Origin: Bacteroidetes bacterium GWF2_33_16
GTDB lineage: Bacteria > Bacteroidota > Bacteroidia > Bacteroidales > UBA12077
DNA: 64,000 nucleotides
Assembly: GCA_001768565.1 (NCBI GenBank)
Contig: MEOE01000014.1
Location: 82,267-146,266 of the forward strand
Reading direction: 5' to 3'
This document shows, one piece after another, positions 9,203 to 18,518 of the stretch. The position numbers and the translations under genes are program-made. How positions within the stretch are numbered: the stretch's first letter is position 1; each line of letters begins with the position of its first letter. The notes under the pieces are model-generated. The model worked only from the letters and a program-made list of their open reading frames with translations. It had not been told where the DNA came from and searched no databases.

Positions 9203-11782
9203 TTATTTATTTATTACCTGACTTGCCCTAAATACTAAATCTGACGATTGTAATATTTTATTTTTAAGATTCTCCGGATAATCAGGATTTTCATTTAAAA
9301 AAACATTTGTTTCGATAACTGCATCAATACTCGAATGACCGCTATAAGTTGCCTCGAGCCATTGTTTTGGGAAAAAGATATCGCCTGTAATTTGGATTTC
9401 CTTTAAAAGTTCAAGCGATGGCCTAATATATTTTACACTCTCGGTACTTCGCAATGGGTGATGCAAATAATACAAAGCGGTTATTACCCAAACTTCTTTT
9501 TCGCGGTTTTGCTCAGATTTTAAACTTTCGAAAAATAGATTTCTTGTCTCATCGTTATTTGAAAGGGCGGGAATAATAAATTGCATTTGCTTTTTTCGCT
9601 CACTATTTGTAATTCTTTCGAGTTGTTCAGCTAAAACAGAATCGGAAATTTCGCCTGCTCTTATTGCAATCTCATATGATAGCTCGGTATAATCATTTTC
9701 TGATAGTTTTATATCTCTAAGAACTAAATCTTTGTTCCATATAGCCAATAAATTTTTCAAACTTGTTGAAGTATTACATATTTTAATATAGGATTTTAAG
9801 CATGTATTTTTAAGTTTTGGTAATTTGGAGTCCTGTATTCGTGTCCACAATAAATCTTCTAATAAACTGGAGAATTCATCCCTTTTTTCAAGGATTAAAA
9901 ACTTCCAGTAAATAGTAGAAATGTAATTTAGTATTAAACTTGTATTTTGCTCATCGGTTTCTATTTTAAAAGAATTAATATATGCCTGCAAAAGCTCTGT
10001 TGGCGATATATTCTGGTTAAGCATATTTTCCCATAAAGAGATGTAAATACTGCATCGAGTAACAGGGTTTGGAAAAGAAGATAAGTTATTTAGTAGATAT
10101 GCTTTTGATGCAGGCTCAAGTTCAAAATAACCATAACCAAATCCATCTGAATTTGTAAAAATAAACTCCGGTTGATTTATATATGAGTCAAAAGGAATAA
10201 CTGTAAATGTATCTTCAATCATTACATTTAGAAAGTCTATTCTCTCATCTTTCTGCAACATTAATTCTATTTTTTGCGACCAGCTTTTTCCTGATTTAGT
10301 AGGATCAGATTGTTCAATAATAAGTGAAGTCAGCTTGTCGTCGGCATTATAGGCTTTGCTTATCTGTAGCTTCGGCATACCGGGAGTTTCTACCCATTCT
10401 TTACTCCATTTTTTTAGATTAAAATCAGTTTTTGTGGCAAGTATATCAATTAAATCATTCCAGGTAGCATTTCCATTATAATAATTTAATAAATACTCTT
10501 GCAATCCTGATTTTAAAAGGCTATCACCAACTATTTTCTCGAGATGCTGCATTACAATTGGAGCTTTGTGATAAATGATTGAACCATATAGTGTACCTGC
10601 ATTTTTCATATTATCAAGAGCTTGATCAATTGGGTTTGCTCCCTTTGTTCTATCAACAGAATAAGATTCGGGATAATGACTAATTAAAAAATTAAGATGA
10701 TGGTTTACATCGGGAAACTGTGGATTAACAATTTTGTCGGCTATAAAGTTTGCAAAAACCTCTTTCAACCAAACCTGACTAAACCATTTCATAGTAACCA
10801 AATCACCAAACCAGATATGTGCCGTTTCGTGGGCAATAAGATTGGCCCGACTAAGCTCATCGCGAATACTTGCCGACTCATCTAAAAAAAGCTTAGAATC
10901 TCGATATAATATAGCTCCAGGGTGCTCCATACCTGAATATTGAAACGAAGGAATTACAACAAAATCAAATTTTTTGAATGGATATGGTATTCTTGTATAT
11001 TCTTCGAGCCATTTAAGAGATGAAAAATGGAGATCGAAAATTTGTTGTTGATTACGTAAAACTTTAAGAGAGTCGCTCTCGCGATGATACATGGTAATTG
11101 TTCTTTCGTTTTGAGTAGCTGTTATTGATTTAAAAACTCCTGCAGCAAAAGAAAATAAATAAGTACTCATGGGTTCCGATTCGTTAAATGAGAATAGATT
11201 GTAATTCTCTAGATGTTGTTTCTCAATTAAAGCAGAATTGGCAACCGCTGTCCACGTCACAGGCGTTTTAAGTTCGAGTGAGTAGGTAGCTTTTAACGAG
11301 GGTTGATCGAAACAAGGAAATGCAGTTGAAGCACGATCAGGAACAAAAAGGGTAAATAAATAATCAATATTTCTATTTAAAGAACGGTCGGTAGCTATAA
11401 AATCAATTTCGATAGAGTTCTTACCATTAGTAAGTTTCCTTCCAGGTATTACAATATGCATATTTATAAATTGATAGCTAATATCCTTTTGATTTAGTTT
11501 AATCGATAAGATTTTGTCCTTACTGTTCTGGAAATCAATAATAAGTGGTTTTTTTTCTGATTTCGAAAAGTTAAATTCAATGCTTACTTTTCCTTTAATT
11601 TCTTCGGTTATTGAATCTGGTATCTCAAAAAAAGTAAAATACCGTATTTCTGATAGCTGTTTTTCGCGTAATTCGGTAAGATCTTTAGAAACTCCCTGAA
11701 CAATTATTTTATCGATATTCTTTGAGCAAGAAACAAGAAAAAAAACCAAAATGATTAAGCAGAATTTTAATATGGGTTTCAT
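9203..11782 (-). CDS. M1-family zinc aminopeptidase (aminopeptidase N-like) lipoprotein
   Basis: GAMEN-type exopeptidase motif (SGMEHPGA), HETAHIWFGD zinc motif with downstream WLKEVFANF glutamate, and an N-terminal lipoprotein signal (LVSCS). Confidence 0.9.
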   Translation of the reverse strand: MKPILKFCLIILVFFLVSCSKNIDKIIVQGVSKDLTELREKQLSEIRYFTFFEIPDSITEEIKGKVSIEFNFSKSEKKPLIIDFQNSKDKILSIKLNQKDISYQFINMHIVIPGRKLTNGKNSIEIDFIATDRSLNRNIDYLFTLFVPDRASTAFPCFDQPSLKATYSLELKTPVTWTAVANSALIEKQHLENYNLFSFNESEPMSTYLFSFAAGVFKSITATQNERTITMYHRESDSLKVLRNQQQIFDLHFSSLKWLEEYTRIPYPFKKFDFVVIPSFQYSGMEHPGAILYRDSKLFLDESASIRDELSRANLIAHETAHIWFGDLVTMKWFSQVWLKEVFANFIADKIVNPQFPDVNHHLNFLISHYPESYSVDRTKGANPIDQALDNMKNAGTLYGSIIYHKAPIVMQHLEKIVGDSLLKSGLQEYLLNYYNGNATWNDLIDILATKTDFNLKKWSKEWVETPGMPKLQISKAYNADDKLTSLIIEQSDPTKSGKSWSQKIELMLQKDERIDFLNVMIEDTFTVIPFDSYINQPEFIFTNSDGFGYGYFELEPASKAYLLNNLSSFPNPVTRCSIYISLWENMLNQNISPTELLQAYINSFKIETDEQNTSLILNYISTIYWKFLILEKRDEFSSLLEDLLWTRIQDSKLPKLKNTCLKSYIKICNTSTSLKNLLAIWNKDLVLRDIKLSENDYTELSYEIAIRAGEISDSVLAEQLERITNSERKKQMQFIIPALSNNDETRNLFFESLKSEQNREKEVWVITALYYLHHPLRSTESVKYIRPSLELLKEIQITGDIFFPKQWLEATYSGHSSIDAVIETNVFLNENPDYPENLKNKILQSSDLVFRASQVINK

Positions 11783-11809
11783 TTTAGTGAGAGTATTTAA
11801 TTTGATTTT

Positions 11810-12184
11810 CTAAAGTGATAGTGCTTTAACTATTGTTTGAATCTTACTAAAAGAATATGGTTTGGTAAGCAAGTGATTGAATCCTGCATCTTTGTAATCA
11901 TCAAAAAAATCTTCCGGATTGTAAGCAGTGATTGCAATAATTGGAATATTACATAAGGGTGATGATAATCGCCTTCTTATATATTTAGTTGTTTCAAGTC
12001 CATTCATAATAGGCATTTCAATATCCATAAAAACAATATTGATTTTATGGGTTTGCAGTAATTCAATTGCTGTTTTACCATTATCTGCTTCATAAATTTG
12101 AGTACAAAATCCTTTAACTATTTCCTTTAAAAGAATTCTATTCATAAAAATATCGTCAATTATCAAACATGAAAATGGGTTCAT
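11810..12184 (-). CDS. Single-domain response regulator (REC only)
   Basis: IIDD acidic pair, FMDIEMP phospho-acceptor Asp, AITA Thr and LTKP Lys. Starts 3 nt after the Crp/Fnr gene stop. Confidence 0.85.
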   Translation of the reverse strand: MNPFSCLIIDDIFMNRILLKEIVKGFCTQIYEADNGKTAIELLQTHKINIVFMDIEMPIMNGLETTKYIRRRLSSPLCNIPIIAITAYNPEDFFDDYKDAGFNHLLTKPYSFSKIQTIVKALSL

Positions 12185-12187
12185 AGA

Positions 12188-12880
12188 TTATCCGAGTTTA
12201 CTTAATGTATTTATAATATCAAAACTATTTATTTTTATATATCTACCGTCGATATCAATAATTTTATCGTTCTTAAATTCAGCTAAAGTTCTTATTATGC
12301 TTTCTTTTGTAGTACCAGCTAATTCAGCAATTTCAGTTCTCGACAAAGGAAATTCAAATGTATCTGAATTATAAATTTGTTTCGAGAAAAAAAGTAGTAT
12401 TTCTGCAACCCTTCCTGGAAGTTGCTTCTGATTTTGAGTCATCAGTTTATCAAAAAAATAAAGATTGTCAGTGCTTAATAATTGTAGTAATAAAGATGCA
12501 AATTTCCCATTTTGTTCAATAACACTCTTAAATGTTGCGATATCGATGAATAATATTTTAGCGTCAGTGATTGCGGAGGCCGAATAACGAAAAGTTTCCT
12601 CCCCAAAAATTGAAATATTGGCTAAAAAATGCTCAGGGGTAATTATTTTAAAAATGATTACTTTTTTATTACGGCCTTCTTTAAGGATTTTTATTAATCC
12701 CGATTTAATAAACATAACATGCGATGTGCGTGTATTTTGCTTAAAAATAATATCTTTTGCATTAAATTTAACGATATTACTATTATTACTTATAAGTTCA
12801 ATTTGTTCAGAGGTCAGATATTCTGAATAAGGAATTTCACTTTGGGATTTATTTTTAACAGAAGGAGAAACCATAAGCAT
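12188..12880 (-). CDS. Crp/Fnr-family transcriptional regulator (cNMP-binding-like domain + C-terminal HTH)
   Basis: 230 aa, beta-roll-like N-terminal half and C-terminal LSRTEIAELAGTTKESIIRTL helix-turn-helix. No N-terminal Cys cluster, so it is not a classical FNR. Confidence 0.8.
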   Translation of the reverse strand: MLMVSPSVKNKSQSEIPYSEYLTSEQIELISNNSNIVKFNAKDIIFKQNTRTSHVMFIKSGLIKILKEGRNKKVIIFKIITPEHFLANISIFGEETFRYSASAITDAKILFIDIATFKSVIEQNGKFASLLLQLLSTDNLYFFDKLMTQNQKQLPGRVAEILLFFSKQIYNSDTFEFPLSRTEIAELAGTTKESIIRTLAEFKNDKIIDIDGRYIKINSFDIINTLSKLG

Positions 12881-12948
12881 ATTGGATTTTTGTAAATATA
12901 GAAAAAAAACTTAATAGATGACCTGTTGATCTTTTTCTAGTGATCTAA

Positions 12949-12977
12949 ATCATTAAATTCAATGATAGGAAATCATT
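12949..12977. promoter_or_regulatory. Candidate operator: ATCATT-N6-AATGAT-N5-ATCATT half-site array in the divergent crp/che intergenic region
   Basis: Read directly: atcatt (12949-12954), aatgat (12961-12966), atcatt (12972-12977). The last two form a 17-bp palindrome. Confidence 0.3.
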
Positions 12978-13058
12978 CAATATAATTTGTTTTAAAATCT
13001 GAGGTCATGTATTTTTATCAATTGTAGACTTTATTATTAATTCAATTATATAGCTATA

Positions 13059-13427
13059 ATGAATATAGAAAAAAATATTCTGGTGGTCGATGATTCAGAA
13101 ACAAACCTTGTACTAATAGAAGCTATTTTAGAAGATGAAGGATTTTTAATTAAATCGGCATTTAGTGTAAAGGAAGCTACAGAACTACTTAGTGATTATA
13201 TTCCTGATTTAATCTTGCTCGATTTACTTATGCCAAATGAAAATGGATTCGATTTATTGAAGAAATTAAAATCAAATATTAACTATTCAAAAATACCTGT
13301 AATAATAGTTACAGCCTTTGCAAATAAGGAAAATTCAGCTATGTCATTTGATCTGGGGGCAATTGATATTATCGAAAAACCTATTGATATTCCATTGTTT
13401 TTAGAAAAAGTTAATAAGGCATTATAA
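13059..13427 (+). CDS. Single-domain response regulator (REC only), first gene of the chemosensory cluster
   Basis: VVDDSE, LLDLLMP phospho-acceptor Asp, VTAF, IEKP Lys. Confidence 0.85.
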   Translation: MNIEKNILVVDDSETNLVLIEAILEDEGFLIKSAFSVKEATELLSDYIPDLILLDLLMPNENGFDLLKKLKSNINYSKIPVIIVTAFANKENSAMSFDLGAIDIIEKPIDIPLFLEKVNKAL

Positions 13428-13450
13428 ATAAGCTTTATACCTCATCCAGT

Positions 13451-15232
13451 ATGACAATTAAAAACAAGCCAAATAAAATTGAAATAGATGCTTTGCTGAA
13501 CACATATTCTGTAAAGGAGATAACAGATATGTTCGCTACAATTGACGAGAAAATTATGTCGTTACATGAATGTTCATCTGATGATTTTCTTATGTTAAAT
13601 TCAAGCTTCAAGGATGCGTACAAACTTGCAAAAAGTATTGATTCAAATGTTGCAATTACTTTAAATGATATAGAAAAAATTAATATTTCACAGTTGCTTG
13701 GTACATTAAATGGGTTAAACAAAAAGATAAAGATAATCAATAAAGAAGCTGCAATAATCGATAATCAAATAGTGAAGATTCTTGAAGATTTATTAAATAA
13801 AACCAGATTAGTTTATATCCCTTTAAAAAATCATGGGCAAAATTTAATGAGTCTGAAACTTTTAATCACCAACCTTAAGTTTTATGATTCTACCGATATT
13901 GAGGTAATCCCTGATTTAATTGATTTTATTTTAATATCAGAGCGATTTTTATTAAAAAGTAAAGTATTAACAGAACGAAATTTTAGAGAGGTAAATAATC
14001 TTAGAAAAAAGACAAAAAATTGTATTACTAACTTTAAAATTCTATTAAAAAGTAAATCAGAAATTAATTCCATAATAAATGAAGAAACTGCTAAAACAAT
14101 TGAGTCTCTTCGCAAATTGGATAAATTACTAAAACATAAACCTACACTTAAAAAAAGATGTGATGATTTAAATAATAGTGTTGAATATATAATTACTAAT
14201 TTGCAATATCAGGATATTATCAGGCAAAAAATGGAGCATATTCAACAAACTCATAAAGATTTTTTGCATGAACTTGATACGTTTGATAAAAGCTTTACTG
14301 AGAATAATGTAATCAGTGAAAAGGCAAAACAGTTTGTACGAATACGCGATATCTCTGGATTACATGCAGCCAAATTATTACAAACAAATAAAGAATATCA
14401 GGGAGCAATCGAGGTTATTATAAGAAAGTTCTTGAAAATAAGTGATAATATAGGTAAGAATTCGAATCTTTTTCAAAGCCTAGGAATACAAAAAACTTTC
14501 ACTTCTGAGGACTTTAATAAAATATCAGGTCATCTCGAAAATTGTAAAACAAAACAAAAACAGGTTTGTAATGAATTAAATGCCTTATATAGGGAGTATA
14601 ATCGTGAATTAATTAATGCAAATCAATTAGATGTATTAGAAAAAGACATTCATTTGCATTTTACTCAAAACATAGAACGACTGCAGGATTTCTATCCAGA
14701 TAAAGAAAATACAAAAAGCCATCTAAAACAGTTAATCCAATATATAAATGATTTAAGGTTAAATGTTGATCGTTTAAACAAGCATTTTGTACCAATTTTT
14801 AAATTAAAAGAAGAATTTAATTCAGCGAATTTTAAAATACAGAATTTTAAAAAGCAAAGAGACCTATATGCTCAAACAATAAATAAAAATACCAGGATTA
14901 CAACTATTATTTCTCCTGTAATTGATAAAATAGTTAATAATGAAAAAAACAATATCGAGCTTGTAAATTGTATTAAGCAAGCAACTTCATCGGTAAAATA
15001 CTATGGGTTCTTCGATAATATAATTAATGAGATAATTAATATTCTTGGTAGTATTAATCTTCGTCTTAAAAATTCATATTCAGGAACCATCGATATGGAA
15101 AAAGAAAAGCTTAATCAATTGAAAGAGTATTATACAATGGATATAGAATATAAAATCCATGACCGTGTGCTAAAAACTAAAACAAATAGGAAAACTAACG
15201 AAACGTTGGATAAAGGAATTGAGTTTTTTTAA
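13451..15232 (+). CDS. 593-aa predicted all-helical/coiled-coil protein of unknown function; CheZ-like D-x3-Q motif and MCP-like C-terminal tail
   Basis: Long uninterrupted ORF 23 nt after the REC gene with K/E/N/L-rich heptad-like sequence. Motif LQYQDIIRQKMEHI at nt 14201-14242; C-terminus LDKGIEFF. Function is not assigned. Confidence 0.8.
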   Translation: MTIKNKPNKIEIDALLNTYSVKEITDMFATIDEKIMSLHECSSDDFLMLNSSFKDAYKLAKSIDSNVAITLNDIEKINISQLLGTLNGLNKKIKIINKEAAIIDNQIVKILEDLLNKTRLVYIPLKNHGQNLMSLKLLITNLKFYDSTDIEVIPDLIDFILISERFLLKSKVLTERNFREVNNLRKKTKNCITNFKILLKSKSEINSIINEETAKTIESLRKLDKLLKHKPTLKKRCDDLNNSVEYIITNLQYQDIIRQKMEHIQQTHKDFLHELDTFDKSFTENNVISEKAKQFVRIRDISGLHAAKLLQTNKEYQGAIEVIIRKFLKISDNIGKNSNLFQSLGIQKTFTSEDFNKISGHLENCKTKQKQVCNELNALYREYNRELINANQLDVLEKDIHLHFTQNIERLQDFYPDKENTKSHLKQLIQYINDLRLNVDRLNKHFVPIFKLKEEFNSANFKIQNFKKQRDLYAQTINKNTRITTIISPVIDKIVNNEKNNIELVNCIKQATSSVKYYGFFDNIINEIINILGSINLRLKNSYSGTIDMEKEKLNQLKEYYTMDIEYKIHDRVLKTKTNRKTNETLDKGIEFF

Positions 15233-15245
15233 AAACCAAAAATAT

Positions 15246-15569
15246 ATGAGTAACAAGGATTTTAAAATAAAAACGTTGCCTTCTAAAAACAAAAGGGAGA
15301 AAAAAGCAGAAATAGTCCTCGAAAACGAATTGACTATTTTTACATTAGAAACTCTTCAACACGATTTGGTTAAGGCGCTAAATGAATTTGATGACATTAC
15401 AATAAAGCTTAGAAATATTGAAAATATAGATTTGAGTTTTATTCAGTATCTTTTTTCATTGCAAACATCTGCCGCTGCAAAATCTAAAAATTTGAGCTTT
15501 ACTGCAGAGTATAGCGATGAAATAAAATCATTATTGGTTAATACAGGACTATTAAGATTATTCAATTAA
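15246..15569 (+). CDS. STAS-domain protein (SpoIIAA/anti-sigma-antagonist-like)
   Basis: ~107 aa with STAS-like topology (ENELTIFTLETLQHDL...IDLSFIQYLFSL...LLVNTGL). I prefer ATG 15246 over the track's TTG 15219, which overlaps the upstream gene. Confidence 0.65.
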   Translation: MSNKDFKIKTLPSKNKREKKAEIVLENELTIFTLETLQHDLVKALNEFDDITIKLRNIENIDLSFIQYLFSLQTSAAAKSKNLSFTAEYSDEIKSLLVNTGLLRLFN

Positions 15570-15591
15570 AAATTTATAATTATTTAGTATT

Positions 15592-15957
15592 ATGGCAAAA
15601 ACTATTTTAATTGTTGATGATTCTGAAAGCATTAGAGAAGTAGTAAAATTTACACTCGAAAACGAAGGTTACACCGTTTTGGTTGGTGTGGATGGAAAAG
15701 ATGCTCTAAAATTTCTGGATGGACAAACCATCGATTTGGTTATTACTGATTTACATATGCCAAACATGGATGGTATTGAGCTTATTAAGCATATTCGAAC
15801 AATCGAGGCTTATAAGCGAATTCCTATTTTGTTCTTAACAACCGAATCGCAAGTATCCAGAAAAATGGAGGCAAAAGATGCCGGAGCCACAGGTTGGATA
15901 ATTAAACCATTTGTTCCTACTAAATTGTTAGAAGCACTTAAAAAAGTAATACGATGA
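15592..15957 (+). CDS. cheY: Chemotaxis response regulator CheY
   Basis: VDDSES, ITDLHMPNMDG, LTTES, IIKPF; stop overlaps the cheA start (ATGA). Confidence 0.9.
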   Translation: MAKTILIVDDSESIREVVKFTLENEGYTVLVGVDGKDALKFLDGQTIDLVITDLHMPNMDGIELIKHIRTIEAYKRIPILFLTTESQVSRKMEAKDAGATGWIIKPFVPTKLLEALKKVIR

Positions 15958-18005
15958 GTATTGACAAATTTAAAGACAAATTTAAAGAAGAAGCCTCCGA
16001 TAACATCAATGACTTAGAAAATGCATTGTTGGAACTCGAGAAAAATACGACTAATAAAGATCTTATTGAGCGTGTTTTCAGAGCAATGCATTCACTAAAA
16101 GGAGGTGGTGCAATGTTTGGGTTTACTGCTTTAAGTGAGTTTACACACAACCTTGAGACATTGTACGATAAGGTTAGAAATGGCTTAAAAGTTATTGACA
16201 GAAAAATTCTGGATATCACTTTTGAGGCTGCTGATCATATGAAATCCTTATTGGCTGACGAATTGATGACAAATAATGAAATTAAAACCAAACACAAACA
16301 ATTGGCAGCCAATATTGAGTCTCTGATTTCTGATGATACTCAAACCGATGTAATTCCAAAGTCAGGTTCATCATCCGAATCTTCAATTAAAACATATTAT
16401 ATTTATTTTGAACCAAATCCTGATATTTTTGCCAATGGTACAAATCCCTTATATTTAATTGATGAATTAAATTCTCTTGGTAATTGCAAAGTGTTTGCTC
16501 ATTTTAATAAAATACCTCCAATTGATGAGATTGATATTAATAAATGCTATACATATTGGGAAATTTTATTAGCTACAAGCACTGACGAGAATAGTATTGC
16601 CGATGTTTTTATTTTTGTAGAAGATCAATGCAAACTTGAAATAGATGAAGTTGCTGATAACGATATAACAATCCATGCTGATTTTATACATGCAATTACA
16701 AGATTAGCCATTGAAAAGAAGGATGTTGGAATAGTAGAAATAAAAAATCTTATTAAGAAGCTAAAGTTAAATGCTAATGTAGCTTTAGCGGAATTGAATG
16801 AACCTGAAAAAAGGATTGAGAGCTCTAAGGTTAAAGAAACCACTATTTCAAGTATTCGTGTTTCATCAATTAAATTGGACCAGATGATGAATCTTGTAAG
16901 TGAGTTAGTTACTACTCAGGCAAGATTAACTTTATTTGCAGAGAAAACAAACAATACTGAACTAAATGCAATTGTTGAAAATATGCAGAAACTGTCGCGC
17001 CAGATTCGCGATAATGCATTCGATATTGTTCTTATTCCTATTGAGACAATGCTTATTCGTTTTCAGCGATTGGTTCGGGATTTGTCTCAGGAACTGAAGA
17101 AAAATGTTGTATTCGAAGCTATTGGCGCCGAAACAGAACTTGATAAAACAATCATCGAAACACTTACTGATCCAATCTTACATATTTTAAGAAATTGCCT
17201 TGATCATGGTATCGAATTGCCCGAAGTAAGAAAGAAATTGGGTAAACCGGAACAAGGGAAAATTATTTTAAAATCATTTTATTCTGGAACCAATGTTCAT
17301 ATTCAGATTATTGATGATGGTGCAGGAATTGATCCGGAAAAAATTCGTAAGAAAGCAATTCAAAAAGGAATTATCTCGGAAAATGATGAATTATCAGATA
17401 CTGAAATTTTTGATTTGGTATTTATGCCAGGATTCTCTACAGCCGAAAATGTTACGGATGTTTCGGGAAGAGGCGTTGGAATGGATGTCGTTAAAAGAAA
17501 TATTAATGAGTTAAGAGGGGATGTGGTTGTCGATTCCGAAATTAATAAAGGAACAACTTTAACAATCAGGTTACCACTTACTCTTTCAATTATTGATGGG
17601 CTACTTGTGCGAATTGATAATGATTTATACGTAATTCCATTATCTGTTGTAAATAAAATCCATGTAGTTGATCATGATAGTATTTCATCCAAGTTCAATA
17701 ATTTAATAGTACTTGATGGTGTTCAGTACTCATTCTTTGTACTTAGAAATGAGTTGGGTTATAAGAGCGAGCCACCAAAGACTGAAAGGTTAATACTTGT
17801 ATCATACGAAACTGGATTAGTTGGTTTGGTTGTTGATGAAGTATTCGGAGAAAACCAAGCTGTTTTAAAATCATTAGGGAAATTGTATAAAAATCAGGCA
17901 CTTATTTCGGGTGCTACAATTCTTGGTGATGGTACTGTTGCTCTCGTGCTCGATACTAATAAAATGATTAAGAAATTTTCAAAAAACTCAGAAATAATTA
18001 ATTAA
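15954..18005 (+). CDS. cheA: Chemotaxis histidine kinase CheA (P1 Hpt to P5 CheW-like)
   Basis: Hpt site FRAMHSLKGGG, N box HILRNCLDHGIE, G1 DDGAGID, F box GFSTA, G2 GRGVGMDVV, and a C-terminal CheW-like domain. Confidence 0.95.
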   Translation: MSIDKFKDKFKEEASDNINDLENALLELEKNTTNKDLIERVFRAMHSLKGGGAMFGFTALSEFTHNLETLYDKVRNGLKVIDRKILDITFEAADHMKSLLADELMTNNEIKTKHKQLAANIESLISDDTQTDVIPKSGSSSESSIKTYYIYFEPNPDIFANGTNPLYLIDELNSLGNCKVFAHFNKIPPIDEIDINKCYTYWEILLATSTDENSIADVFIFVEDQCKLEIDEVADNDITIHADFIHAITRLAIEKKDVGIVEIKNLIKKLKLNANVALAELNEPEKRIESSKVKETTISSIRVSSIKLDQMMNLVSELVTTQARLTLFAEKTNNTELNAIVENMQKLSRQIRDNAFDIVLIPIETMLIRFQRLVRDLSQELKKNVVFEAIGAETELDKTIIETLTDPILHILRNCLDHGIELPEVRKKLGKPEQGKIILKSFYSGTNVHIQIIDDGAGIDPEKIRKKAIQKGIISENDELSDTEIFDLVFMPGFSTAENVTDVSGRGVGMDVVKRNINELRGDVVVDSEINKGTTLTIRLPLTLSIIDGLLVRIDNDLYVIPLSVVNKIHVVDHDSISSKFNNLIVLDGVQYSFFVLRNELGYKSEPPKTERLILVSYETGLVGLVVDEVFGENQAVLKSLGKLYKNQALISGATILGDGTVALVLDTNKMIKKFSKNSEIIN

Positions 18006-18013
18006 GGAGGTAA

Positions 18014-18508
18014 ATGATGAAAAATGATTCTCTTATAAAAATAAATTCATATTTATCATTTAAGTTGGGTGATGATGAATTTGCTGCTCATGTTGGTAAA
18101 GTTCTAAATATATTGGAACTGGTAAAAATTACTCCTGTACCAAAATCTCCCGAGTATATGAAAGGCGTTATTAACTTGCGAGGTGCAGTTTTGCCTATAA
18201 TTGACACACGAATGAAATTCGGGATGTCGCCGACTCAATTCACTCAAAATACGTGTATTGTTGTTATGGAAATACTAATGGAAAAAGATACCATACAATT
18301 GGGTGCATTGGTTGATTCTGTTCTCTCAGTTGTTGAAATTGAAGATGATCAGATTCAGCCACCACCAAGCCTTGGTAGTAAATACAAATCTGAATTTATC
18401 TTGGGCGTAGCTAAGGTTGAAGAAAAATTTATTATGATTCTTGATATGGATAAGGTATTTTCTTCTGATGAACTTATTCTTGTCATGGATAGTACTGAGG
18501 ACTTATAA
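18014..18508 (+). CDS. cheW: Coupling protein CheW
   Basis: 164-aa CheW fold (EFAAHV...[16 protein letters not shown]...). Preceded by GGAGG at 18006-18010; the start could be ATG 18014 or 18017. Confidence 0.9.
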   Translation: MMKNDSLIKINSYLSFKLGDDEFAAHVGKVLNILELVKITPVPKSPEYMKGVINLRGAVLPIIDTRMKFGMSPTQFTQNTCIVVMEILMEKDTIQLGALVDSVLSVVEIEDDQIQPPPSLGSKYKSEFILGVAKVEEKFIMILDMDKVFSSDELILVMDSTEDL

Positions 18509-18518
18509 AAACAAGCTA

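Noticed and set aside
13435-13740. 101-aa minus-strand ORF bridging the REC/593-aa gene junction.
   Set aside because: It is antisense to two co-directional che-cluster genes and has no motif. It is a likely shadow ORF.
18441-18518. 5' extension of MCP1 given in the ORF track (start at 18441, overlapping cheW by 68 nt).
   Set aside because: The extension translates to a non-MCP-like hydrophobic string. ATG 18519 ([10 protein letters not shown]...) gives the normal short cytoplasmic N-terminus before TM1 and a 10-nt gap after cheW.
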